Source of the DNA: an uncultured Alphaproteobacteria bacterium
Lineage (GTDB): Bacteria > Pseudomonadota > Alphaproteobacteria > Sphingomonadales > Govanellaceae
Direction of reading: 5' to 3'
Assembly (NCBI GenBank): GCA_963746725.1
Contig: CAVVCF010000007.1
Location: 169,979 to 233,978, forward strand
DNA: 64,000 nt
The position numbers and the translations under genes were made by a program. Below, piece by piece: positions 27,782-36,756 of the stretch (positions within the stretch are counted from its first letter, which is position 1; the number at the start of each line of letters is the position of its first letter). Under the pieces are notes generated by a model. That model had not been told where the DNA came from, ran no database searches, and saw nothing but the letters and a program-made list of their open reading frames with translations.

Positions 27782-28467
27782 TTCGCCCATTCTGATTGGT
27801 GTCCTTGATAGCGGCGTCGAAGACGCATTCGCGCCTGTGGCTGCGCAAACGGCGTTTCGTCGGCCAACGCGATGGGGCCGTTGTCGAGACGGTGGCGCAT
27901 CCGGACCGACTGGCGCACGGGTCCGTTATCGCGCGGACGATTGCCGATCTGATACCCGAAGCCCGGTTTCTGGCTGCGCAGATTTTTCATGACCGCATGG
28001 TCACGACGCCTGCCGCCGCCGCTGCCGGGCTCGATTGGCTGTGCAAGCAAGGCGCGCGCATTGTCACCATGAGCTTTGGATTGCGGGCCGACCGGGACGT
28101 GTTGCGAACGGCCTGCGCCCGCGCCCACGAGGCCGGTGTCATTCTGCTGGCGTCCTCACCGGCGCGCGGTGGTCCCGTCTTTCCTGCGGCGTACCCGGAT
28201 GTCATTGCTGTGTCCGGCGATGCGCGCCTCGCCCCCGGTGAAATCTCGGCGCTGGATCCGGAGCGCCCGGTATTCGGGGCCCACAGTTGGCCCTCCGGCG
28301 TTGACGGCACCGGAAAGCCCATCGCCGGCGGGGCAAGTTTTGCGGTGGCGACGGCGGCGGCCATTGTTGCCCGCGCTCTTGTTGAGAAGCTGGCGGCCAA
28401 TAGCGCAGATGTCGTCGCTTACCTCAGGGCCAATGCCCGGTATCATGGGGCCGAGCGAAGAAAATAG
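27774..28467 (+). pseudogene. Minimal (about 230 aa) cytoplasmic subtilase (S8)-like protein, apparent frameshift after codon 28 or so
   Basis: ATG at 27774 overlaps the upstream stop by 8 nt and encodes MTDSPILIGVLDSGVEDAF... (the Asp motif). His (...LAHGSVIART...) and Ser (...GGASFAVATAAA...) motifs are in the frame of ORF 27796..28467. The junction is at T-run 27855-27857. No signal peptide. Confidence 0.6.
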
Positions 28468-28561
28468 TCGAGCGAGCAGAAATCCTCCCCGGGCGTCGTT
28501 GACAGGTGGAGCCGCACCCGGCACTCTCGGCCCATTAACGTCCCGAGGTTGGGAATGCCCG

Positions 28562-30265
28562 ATGACTTCAGAACCTGTCAGTACACGCGACCCGAACAAA
28601 AAAAAGCGGCGCTATAAACGCCGGGGCCGCCAGGTGGAGGCGGAAGCGCTGGCCGACGTCAGGGCGCTCCTGGGCGACACGCCCCGGCGGCGAGATCTAT
28701 TGATCGAACATCTTCATAAAATTCAGGACCGCTATGGTCACCTCTCGGCACGCCATCTCGCTGCACTTGCCGAGGAAATGCACCTCGCCATGGCGGAGGT
28801 TTACGAGGCGGCCACCTTTTACGCCCATTTCGACGTGGTCAGGGAAGGCGACAAGCCGCCACCACCATTGACGGTCCGGGTTTGCGACAGCCTGGCGTGC
28901 GAAATGGCCGGGGCCGGAGGGCTCCTCAAGGATCTCGGGGAGCGGTTCGGCGGAAAAGTGCGCGTGGTGCGCGCGCCCTGTATGGGGCGTTGCGCCAGTG
29001 CGCCGGTCGCAGAGGTTGGTCATTACCACATGGACGAGGCAACGGCGGCGTCAATTGCCGAGGCGGTCAGCGCCGGCGTGTCCGAGGCGGTGGTGCCCGA
29101 CTATCAGGATTTTCGGACCTGCCATGACGGGGGCGGTTATCAGAGCTTGCGCGCCTGCACGGACGGTGCGCGGCCGGTCGAGGATGTCATCGAAACCCTG
29201 AAGGAGGCCGGCCTGCGCGGGTGCGGCGGGGCCGGGTTTCCGACCGCGCTGAAATGGAGTCTGGTGCGCCAGGAGCCGGGCCCGCGCCTGATGGTGGTCA
29301 ATGCCGACGAAGGCGAGCCCGGCACGTTCAAGGATCGCCACTTTCTTGAATCCCGTCCCCACCAGGTGCTGGAAGGCGCGCTGATCGGCGCCTGGGCGGT
29401 GGAGGCTGAAGCGGTCTATATTTATCTGCGCGACGAATATCCGGCGGCGCACAGGATTCTTGCGGCGGAAATCCCCAAGGTGGAAGAGGCCGGACTTGCG
29501 CCGCCCGGTGGCATTCATCTGCGCCGTGGGGCCGGGGCCTATATCTGCGGCGAAGAATCCGCGCTGATTGAAAGCATCGAGGGCAAGCGCGGTCTGCCCC
29601 GACACCGCCCGCCCCATGTGGCGAAGGTCGGGCTGTTCGGCCGCCCGACGCTGATGAACAATGTGGAAACGCTCTATTGGGTCCCGGAAATCCTCGACAA
29701 GGGCGCCGCCTGGTTCGCCGCGGAGGGCGCGAACGGCGGCAAGGGTTTGCGTGCGTACTCGGTCTCCGGCCGGGTGCGCGACCCGGGCGTCAAAATCGCC
29801 CCGGCGGGCGTCACCGTTCGCCAGTTGATCGACGACTATTGCGGTGGTATGGCAGACGGGCACGCATTCAAGGCCTATCTGCCGGGCGGGGCGTCCGGCG
29901 GTATCCTGCCGGCCTCGCTCGGCGATGTGCCGCTCGATTTCGGCAAGCTTGAAGAGCATGGCTGTTTCATCGGTTCGGCCGCCGTGATTGTGCTCTCCGA
30001 CAAGGACCCGATGCCGGCCGCCGCGCTGAACCTGATGCGGTTTTTCGAAGATGAAAGCTGCGGCCAGTGCACGCCGTGCCGGGTCGGCACCGAAAAGGCG
30101 ATCAAGCTGATGGAGGCGGGGACCTGGGACGAGCCGCTGATGAACGAGCTGTCGGCGGCGATGCGGGACGCCTCCATTTGCGGGCTCGGCCAGGCCGCGC
30201 CCAATCCGCTGACCTCGGTGCTCAAATTTTTTCGTGACGAACTCCCCGTGAAAGGGGGGCGATGA
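28562..30265 (+). CDS. NAD-linked formate dehydrogenase beta subunit (fused NuoE-like + NuoF-like diaphorase)
   Basis: ATG at 28562 inside the longer ORF 28076..30265. 2Fe-2S cysteines (VCDSLACEMAG...CMGRCASAP), ...GCGGAGFPTALKW... (FMN), ...ADEGEPGTFKDR..., ...ESCGQCTPCRVG... (4Fe-4S). Confidence 0.88.
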   Translation: MTSEPVSTRDPNKKKRRYKRRGRQVEAEALADVRALLGDTPRRRDLLIEHLHKIQDRYGHLSARHLAALAEEMHLAMAEVYEAATFYAHFDVVREGDKPPPPLTVRVCDSLACEMAGAGGLLKDLGERFGGKVRVVRAPCMGRCASAPVAEVGHYHMDEATAASIAEAVSAGVSEAVVPDYQDFRTCHDGGGYQSLRACTDGARPVEDVIETLKEAGLRGCGGAGFPTALKWSLVRQEPGPRLMVVNADEGEPGTFKDRHFLESRPHQVLEGALIGAWAVEAEAVYIYLRDEYPAAHRILAAEIPKVEEAGLAPPGGIHLRRGAGAYICGEESALIESIEGKRGLPRHRPPHVAKVGLFGRPTLMNNVETLYWVPEILDKGAAWFAAEGANGGKGLRAYSVSGRVRDPGVKIAPAGVTVRQLIDDYCGGMADGHAFKAYLPGGASGGILPASLGDVPLDFGKLEEHGCFIGSAAVIVLSDKDPMPAAALNLMRFFEDESCGQCTPCRVGTEKAIKLMEAGTWDEPLMNELSAAMRDASICGLGQAAPNPLTSVLKFFRDELPVKGGR

Positions 30266-33033
30266 TGACAGAAAAGATTACCTTTACCCTCGACGGAAGG
30301 ACGGTGACCGCCGCGCCCGGTGAGACCATCTGGCAAGTGGCGGCACGGGAAGGAACCACGATCCCACATCTCTGCTGGCGGCCCGAGCCCGGCTACCGCG
30401 CCGACGGCAATTGCCGGGCCTGTATGGTCGAGATTGAAGGCGAGCGCACACTCGCCGCGTCCTGTCTGCGCAAGCCCGAAGACAAGATGGTGGTCAACAC
30501 GGCGAGCGAGCGCGCCAAGGCCTCGCGAAGCATGGTCATGGAACTCCTGATGGCCGACCAGCCGGCCCACGCGGACGCCCACGACCAGATCTCGTCGTTC
30601 TGGAACTGGGCCGACGCCATGGGGGTGAAAGCGAGCCGGTTTCCCGAACGCGGCGCGCCTCCGCCTGACGCGAGCCACCCGGCCATGCGGGTCAATCTCG
30701 ACGCCTGTATTCACTGTAACCTGTGCGTGCGCGCCTGCCGGGAGGTTCAGGTCAACGACGTGATTGGCATGGCCAATCGCGGGGCCGACACCAAGGTGGT
30801 GTTCGATTTCGACGACCCGATGGGCGAGAGCACCTGTGTCGCCTGCGGGGAGTGCGTCGCGGCCTGTCCCACCGGCGCGCTGATGCCGGCGACATTGGTG
30901 GACGAGACGGGAAAAGGCTCTCGCGCCGTCGACCGCGAGGTGCAGAGCGTTTGCCCCTACTGCGGGGTCGGCTGTCAGATCACCTACAAGATCCGGGATG
31001 ACAGGATCGCCTATGTGGAAGGAGCGGATGGCCCCGGCAACCACAACCGGCTCTGCGTCAAGGGGCGGTTTGGTTTTGACTATGTAACCCATCCCCATCG
31101 CCTCACGGTGCCACTTATTCGCCGCGAGAATGCGCCCAAGGGCCCGGTCCCGGACATTGACCCGGCCAATCCATACACTCATTTCCGCGAAGCGACGTGG
31201 GAAGAAGCACTCGACAAAGCCGCCGCCGGGCTCAAAACCGTGCGCGACCGCTGGGGCGGCAATGCGCTTGCCGGGTTTGGCTCGGCCAAGTGCTCGAACG
31301 AGGAGGCCTACCTCTTTCAGAAACTGGTGCGCGCCGGCTTTGGCACCAACAACGTGGATCATTGCACCCGGCTCTGCCATGCCTCCTCCGTGGCGGCGCT
31401 TCTCGAAAACATAGGGTCGGGCGCAGTGACCGCGCCGTTCACCGCGGTCAAGGACTCCGACGTGATCGTGGTGATCGGGTGCAACCCGACCGAAAACCAC
31501 CCCGTGGCCGCCACATTCTTCAAGAACGCGGTCAAGCGCGGCGCCAAGCTCGTCGTGATAGACCCGCGCGGCCAGGCGCTCAAACGCCATGCCACCGATA
31601 TGCTGGAGTTCCGTCCGGGCTCCGACGTCGCGCTCCTCAATGCCCTGATGCATGTGATCGTGGAGGAGGGGCTTTACGATCAGGCCTATATCGACGCCCA
31701 GACAGCGGGCTTCGAGGCCCTCAAAAAGCACCTTGGCGACTACACGCCCGAAGCCATGGCGCCGATTTGCGGCATTGCGGCCGACCGCTTGCGCGAAGTG
31801 GCGCGCCTATACGCCACTGCAAAGGCTGCGATCATCTTCTGGGGCATGGGGGTCTCCCAGCATGTGCACGGCACCGACAATTGCCGCTGCCTCATTTCTC
31901 TTGCCCTGATGACCGGGCAGGTGGGGCGTCCGGGCACCGGGCTCCACCCGTTGCGCGGTCAGAACAATGTGCAGGGCGCGTCCGACGCCGGGCTTATTCC
32001 CATGATGTTCCCGGATTACAAGGCGGTGGACGACGTAAAAGTGCGTGACCATCTGAGCACGCTGTGGGGAGAGAAGCTCGACGACAAGCCGGGCCTGACC
32101 GTGGTCGAAATCATCAACGCGATCTACGCCGGGAAAATCAACGCCATGTACATCATGGGCGAAAACCCGGCGATGTCGGACCCGGACGTGGCCCATGCGC
32201 GCGCGGCGCTCGCCAAGCTCGATCATCTGGTGGTGCAGGACATCTTCCTGACCGAGACGGCGATGTTCGCCGACGTGGTGTTGCCGGCCTCTGCCTGGCC
32301 CGAAAAGACCGGGACCGTGACCAATTCCAACCGCCAGGTGCAGATGGGGCGGAAAGTGCTCTCCATGCCCGGCGAGGCGCGCGAAGACTGGAAAATAACA
32401 CAGGCCATTGCGCAGCGCCTGGGGATGGACTGGAACTACAGCCACCCGAGCGAGATTTTCGCCGAAATGAAACAGGCTATGCCGTCGCTGGACAATATCA
32501 CCTGGGACCGGCTGGAGCGCGAAAACTCGGTCACCTATCCGTGCCATGGTCCCGACCAGCCGGGCGAGGACATTGTGTTCGGCGACCGCTTTCCAACGGC
32601 CGATGGCCGCGCGACGTTTGCGCCCGCCGACGTGCTGCCGCCGGACGAAGAGCCCGACGACGCATATCCGATGATTCTCATGACGGGCCGCCAGCTTGAG
32701 CACTGGCATACCGGCGCCATCTCGCGCCGCGCCGTGGTGCTGGATGCATTGCAACCGGAAGCGACCGTTTCCCTGAACCCGCGGGATATGCAGGCGCTGG
32801 GCGCAAAGGGCGGGGACCAGGTGCGGGTCACGACGCGGCGCGGCTCCATCGAGCTTCTGGTGCGCGAGGACGGGGGGGTGCCGCACGGCGCGCTCTTTAT
32901 CCCGTTCGCCTATGTGGAGGCGGCGGCCAATATCCTGACCAATCCGGCGCTCGATCCGTTCGGCAAGATCCCCGAATTCAAGTTCTGCGCAGCGAAGGTG
33001 GAAAAAATTGGCGCAGCACAAACCGCAGAATGA
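30262..33033 (+). CDS. Formate dehydrogenase alpha subunit (Mo/W-bis-MGD, Cys type)
   Basis: 923 aa. N-terminal 2Fe-2S and 4Fe-4S ferredoxin modules, ...CPYCGVGC..., and active-site region ...VDHCTRLCHASSV... (Cys, not Sec). ATGA overlap with the beta subunit gene. Confidence 0.92.
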   Translation: MMTEKITFTLDGRTVTAAPGETIWQVAAREGTTIPHLCWRPEPGYRADGNCRACMVEIEGERTLAASCLRKPEDKMVVNTASERAKASRSMVMELLMADQPAHADAHDQISSFWNWADAMGVKASRFPERGAPPPDASHPAMRVNLDACIHCNLCVRACREVQVNDVIGMANRGADTKVVFDFDDPMGESTCVACGECVAACPTGALMPATLVDETGKGSRAVDREVQSVCPYCGVGCQITYKIRDDRIAYVEGADGPGNHNRLCVKGRFGFDYVTHPHRLTVPLIRRENAPKGPVPDIDPANPYTHFREATWEEALDKAAAGLKTVRDRWGGNALAGFGSAKCSNEEAYLFQKLVRAGFGTNNVDHCTRLCHASSVAALLENIGSGAVTAPFTAVKDSDVIVVIGCNPTENHPVAATFFKNAVKRGAKLVVIDPRGQALKRHATDMLEFRPGSDVALLNALMHVIVEEGLYDQAYIDAQTAGFEALKKHLGDYTPEAMAPICGIAADRLREVARLYATAKAAIIFWGMGVSQHVHGTDNCRCLISLALMTGQVGRPGTGLHPLRGQNNVQGASDAGLIPMMFPDYKAVDDVKVRDHLSTLWGEKLDDKPGLTVVEIINAIYAGKINAMYIMGENPAMSDPDVAHARAALAKLDHLVVQDIFLTETAMFADVVLPASAWPEKTGTVTNSNRQVQMGRKVLSMPGEAREDWKITQAIAQRLGMDWNYSHPSEIFAEMKQAMPSLDNITWDRLERENSVTYPCHGPDQPGEDIVFGDRFPTADGRATFAPADVLPPDEEPDDAYPMILMTGRQLEHWHTGAISRRAVVLDALQPEATVSLNPRDMQALGAKGGDQVRVTTRRGSIELLVREDGGVPHGALFIPFAYVEAAANILTNPALDPFGKIPEFKFCAAKVEKIGAAQTAE

Positions 33034-33880
33034 GGACGGATCGGCGTCACTGATCGTTGGGCCGAATCCGGACGATCCGCGCCTGACCGAAGCGGTGACC
33101 GGCACCGATGAGAACGGGCAGGCGGTGGACATCCGGGTGGTGGCTGAACGGCCACTCACGCTTTATCTCAATTCGCGCGAGATCGTCACCGTCATGACCA
33201 TCGGAGACTACCCCGAGTACCTGGCGGTGGGCTATTTCGCCAACCAGAACATGCTGCCGCCCGACAATCCCGTCACCGGCGTTGACTATGACGAGGACCT
33301 CGGCGTCGTGGTGGTCCGGACCGAGCGGGAAACCGATTTCGAGGAGAAGCTCAAGAAAAAAATCCGCACTTCGGGCTGCGCGGTCGGGACCGTGTTCGGC
33401 GATATTATGGAGACTTTTGACGACATTAAGCTCAGTGATACCGCAACGCTTAAGACAAGCTGGCTTTATTACCTCACGGGCGCAATCAACCGCCTTCCGA
33501 GCCTCTACCTGACCGCGGGCGCGATCCATGGTTGTGTCTTGGCCGAGGGCGACAAACCGCTCCTCTATATGGAAGACGTGGGCCGCCACAACGCGGTCGA
33601 CAAGATCGCCGGCTACATGCGGATGCATGGCGTCCGGCCCGAAGACAAGATCTTCTACACCACCGGCCGGCTGACCTCCGAGATGATCATCAAGACCGTT
33701 CAGATGCGCATCCCCATCCTGATTTCCCGTTCCGGCTTTACCGCCTGGGGGGTGGACCTGGCGCGCCGCGCCGGCCTGACCCTGATCGGGCGCGCGCGCG
33801 GCCATCGCTTCGTGGCGCTCTCGGGCGTGGACCGCATCGTCTATGACGCCGACCCGCGCACCGGTGGCCACGATGACTGA
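33008..33880 (+). CDS. fdhD: Formate dehydrogenase accessory sulfurtransferase FdhD
   Basis: ...VEDVGRHNAVDKIAG...LISRSGFT... are conserved FdhD motifs. The TTG start at 33008 is uncertain. Confidence 0.85.
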   Translation: MAQHKPQNEDGSASLIVGPNPDDPRLTEAVTGTDENGQAVDIRVVAERPLTLYLNSREIVTVMTIGDYPEYLAVGYFANQNMLPPDNPVTGVDYDEDLGVVVVRTERETDFEEKLKKKIRTSGCAVGTVFGDIMETFDDIKLSDTATLKTSWLYYLTGAINRLPSLYLTAGAIHGCVLAEGDKPLLYMEDVGRHNAVDKIAGYMRMHGVRPEDKIFYTTGRLTSEMIIKTVQMRIPILISRSGFTAWGVDLARRAGLTLIGRARGHRFVALSGVDRIVYDADPRTGGHDD

Positions 33881-34505
33881 GGCGCCGGACGCGGTAGGCG
33901 TGATCCTCGCCGGCGGGCTCGCCCGGCGCATGGGTGGCGGCGACAAATGTCTGCTCGATGCCGCCGGCAAGCCCTTGCTGGCTCACGTGATCGAACGCTT
34001 TGAGCCGCAGGTGCGGGCGCTCGCGATCAATGCCAATGGCGACCCGGACCGCTTTGCCCGGTTTGGGCTTCCCGTCATCGCCGATGTGGTGCCGGGCTTT
34101 GCCGGGCCGCTTGCCGGGGTGCTGACCGGCATGGACTGGGCCCGAAAAGACTTTCCCGATTGCAAATGGCTGGCAACGGCGGCGGGCGACACGCCCTTCA
34201 TGCCGGGCGATCTGGTGGTTCGTCTTATGGATGCGGCGGCGGAGGCCAAAGCCCCGCTCGCGGTGGCGGAATCGGATGGCCGACGCCACCCGGTGTTCGG
34301 CCTGTGGTCGCTCGACCTGATTGAAGACCTTGAAAAGGCCGTTGTCGAAGAAGGGGTGCGCAAGATCGTCGCCTGGACCGACCGTCTCGGGGTTGCCCGG
34401 GTGGCGTTCCCGGTCGCGCCGTTCGATCCCTTTTTCAACATCAACACGCCGGGCGACCTTGATGTGGCGGCGCGCCTCGCGGCGGATACGGAGGCCGCCT
34501 CATGA
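33873..34505 (+). CDS. mobA: Molybdenum cofactor guanylyltransferase
   Basis: ATG at 33873 overlaps the fdhD stop. ...GVILAGGLARRMGGGDKCLL... is the MobA P-loop-like motif. Confidence 0.85.
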   Translation: MTEAPDAVGVILAGGLARRMGGGDKCLLDAAGKPLLAHVIERFEPQVRALAINANGDPDRFARFGLPVIADVVPGFAGPLAGVLTGMDWARKDFPDCKWLATAAGDTPFMPGDLVVRLMDAAAEAKAPLAVAESDGRRHPVFGLWSLDLIEDLEKAVVEEGVRKIVAWTDRLGVARVAFPVAPFDPFFNINTPGDLDVAARLAADTEAAS

Positions 34506-35214
34506 ATTTTGGCGACGCCATCGCCCAGGCTTTCCGCCTGATCGTCAGTTTCGACCCCGATCTTCTCGAGATCATCGGCCGCTCGTTTCAGGTCAGCCTG
34601 AGCGCGGTTGCCATATCGGCGCTGATCGGTGCGCCTCTGGGCGCTGCGATCGGGCTCGCCCGGTTCCGCGGGCGTGGCGCGCTCGTCGTGATGCTCAATT
34701 CCCTGATGGGCCTGCCGCCGGTGGTGATCGGTCTGATCGTCTACCTCATGCTGACCCACAATGGTCCCTTCGGCGTGTTCAACCTGCTGTTTAGCCCGAC
34801 CGCGATGATCGTCGCCCAGACCATCCTGATTACCCCTCTGATTGCCGCGCTTGCCCGCCAGGTGGTCGAAGACTTGTGGCAGGGCTATGCCGAACAGTTC
34901 CAATCCTGGGGATTGCGCCCGTTCGGGCCGTGCCCACGCTTCTTTGGGACGCCCGGGTGGCGCTGACGACGGTGCTGCTGGCCGGCTTCGGCCGCGCCAT
35001 TTCCGAGGTCGGCGCGGTAATGATCGTCGGCGGCAACATCGATCACCTGACCCGGGTCATGACCACGGCGATCGCGCTGGAGACTTCCAAGGGTGACCTC
35101 GATCTCGCCATGGCGCTCGGCATTATCCTGTTGGCAATGTCGCTTCTCGTGAACGCGCTATCACACGCGGTGCGCCGGGCTGCCGGGCCGGCGGAAGGTC
35201 TGGCGCGTGTCTGA
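34502..35214 (+). pseudogene. tupB: Tungstate/molybdate-type ABC transporter permease (TupB-like), apparent frameshift
   Basis: The N-terminal 135 aa or so lie in the frame of ORF 34502..34966. The conserved C-terminal half (...LGIAPVRAVPTLLWDARVALTTVLLAGFGRAISEVGAVMIVGGNI...) lies in the frame of ORF 34876..35214. The junction is near 34905-34910. Confidence 0.7.
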
Positions 35215-35923
35215 ATCCGAACCGCTCCTCTCGCTCGACGCGGTCACGCTGAAGGTCGATGGCAAACGGCTGATCGATAGTGTCAGTGTCACCTTTCCCG
35301 AAGGCGCGCGGACCGTGGTGCTGGGGCCGAACGGGGCCGGCAAAAGCCTCCTTATGCGGCTTTGTCATGGCCTGATCGCGCCCACGTCGGGGCGGGTCAA
35401 TTGGCGGCTGGGGCAGGGTGGTACGCCTGCGCGCCAGTCTATGGTGTTTGATCGGCCGGTGTTGCTCCGGCGTTCGGTGGCTGGCAATATCCGCTATCCG
35501 CTGGCGGCCGCCGGCGTCCCTGCGTCGGCCCGTCAACAACGCGTCGACGATGCCCTTTCCCTGGCCGGGCTTCAGGATCGGGCGCGCCAGCCGGCATCGA
35601 CACTTTCTGCGGGGCAGAAGCAGCGCCTGGCGCTGGCGCGGGCCTGGGCGCTGCGCCCCGATGTGCTGTTTCTCGATGAGCCCGCCGCGCACCTGGACCT
35701 TGCCGCAACGCGCGATATCGAGAATATGATTTCGGTCATTCACGACCGGCAGGCCACGATCATTCTGACCACCCACGACCTTGCGCAGGCCCGCCGGGTT
35801 GCCGATCATGTGGTATTCGTGCACAACGGCCGGGTGGTCGAAGCGGGGCCGGCGAAGGCGTTTTTTGACAGTCCGCGATCAGCGGAAGCGCGGCATTTTT
35901 TAATGGGAGAGATTTTCGAATGA
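35207..35923 (+). CDS. tupC: ABC transporter ATP-binding protein (TupC-like)
   Basis: Walker A GPNGAGKS, signature LSAGQKQRLALA, Walker B VLFLDEP. GTG start overlaps the tupB stop. Confidence 0.75.
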   Translation: MSESEPLLSLDAVTLKVDGKRLIDSVSVTFPEGARTVVLGPNGAGKSLLMRLCHGLIAPTSGRVNWRLGQGGTPARQSMVFDRPVLLRRSVAGNIRYPLAAAGVPASARQQRVDDALSLAGLQDRARQPASTLSAGQKQRLALARAWALRPDVLFLDEPAAHLDLAATRDIENMISVIHDRQATIILTTHDLAQARRVADHVVFVHNGRVVEAGPAKAFFDSPRSAEARHFLMGEIFE

Positions 35924-36756
35924 AGTCCTGTTTCAAGTTATTTGCAGTCGTGGCGGCGCTGGCTGTCGCACTCCTCGCCGGCACGCCTCAGGCGATGGCG
36001 CGGCCACTGTTGATCGTATCGACCACGTCTGTACAGAACTCAGGCCTGATGCCCTACCTGCTGCCCAAATTTGAAAAAGAGGCAGGCTTCAAGACGGCCC
36101 TTGCCGCCTACGGGACGGGCCAGGCGCTCCGCGCATGGCGCGCAACGGCGACGCCGATATTCTGATCGTCCATGACAAGCCCTCAGAGCTCAAATTCATG
36201 GCCGATGGCTGGGGCCTTGAGCGCCGCGAATTCATGTATAACGACTTTCTCATCGTCGGGCCCAAGGATGATCCCGCGGGCGTTGCCGGTATGGCGGACG
36301 CCGTCACAGCGCTCGAACAGATCAGGGAAAAGCACGCGCTGTTCGTGTCGCGCGGCGACAACAGCGGGACCCAAAAGGCGGAACTCAGGCTGTGGGCGGC
36401 GGCCGGGCTTAGCCCTAAGTCCTTCGACGCCAAATGGTATCGGGACGCCGGCGCCGGCATGGGCGCGACCTTGAACATCGCGGCCGGGATGGATGCCTAT
36501 ACGCTGGTCGACCGGGGGACCTGGCTCGCTTTCCGCAACCGGAGCACGCTCAAGCCGGAAGTGCAGGGCGACCCGCGGCTTTATAACCAGTACAGCGTGA
36601 TTCTCGATCAACCCCAAGCGCTACCCGGATCTCCAGCATGCCAAGGCGCGCAAGCTTGCCGACTGGCTGGTGTCCCCGAAAGGCCAGGCGTTGATTGCGG
36701 CCTACCGGGTCGACGGCCAGCAGCTTTTTACCCCCAACGCGCACATGACGAAATGA
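35920..36756 (+). pseudogene. tupA: Tungstate ABC transporter substrate-binding protein (TupA-like), two compensating frame changes
   Basis: Signal peptide and the first 70 aa or so are in the frame of ORF 35920..36165. The middle part (...NGDADILIVHDKPSELKFMADGWG...FVSRGDNSGTQ...YNQYSVIL) is in the frame of ORF 36135... The last 48 aa (INPKRYPDLQHAKARKLADWLVSPKGQALIAAYRVDGQQLFTPNAHMTK*) return to the first frame. Junctions lie near 36131-36136 and 36606-36611. Confidence 0.7.

Noticed and set aside
28076-28561. N-terminal 162-codon extension of the formate dehydrogenase beta ORF.
   Set aside because: The extension overlaps the S8-like gene out of frame and has an Arg/Pro-rich nonsense-like composition. 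The conserved protein begins at ATG 28562, after a gagg motif.
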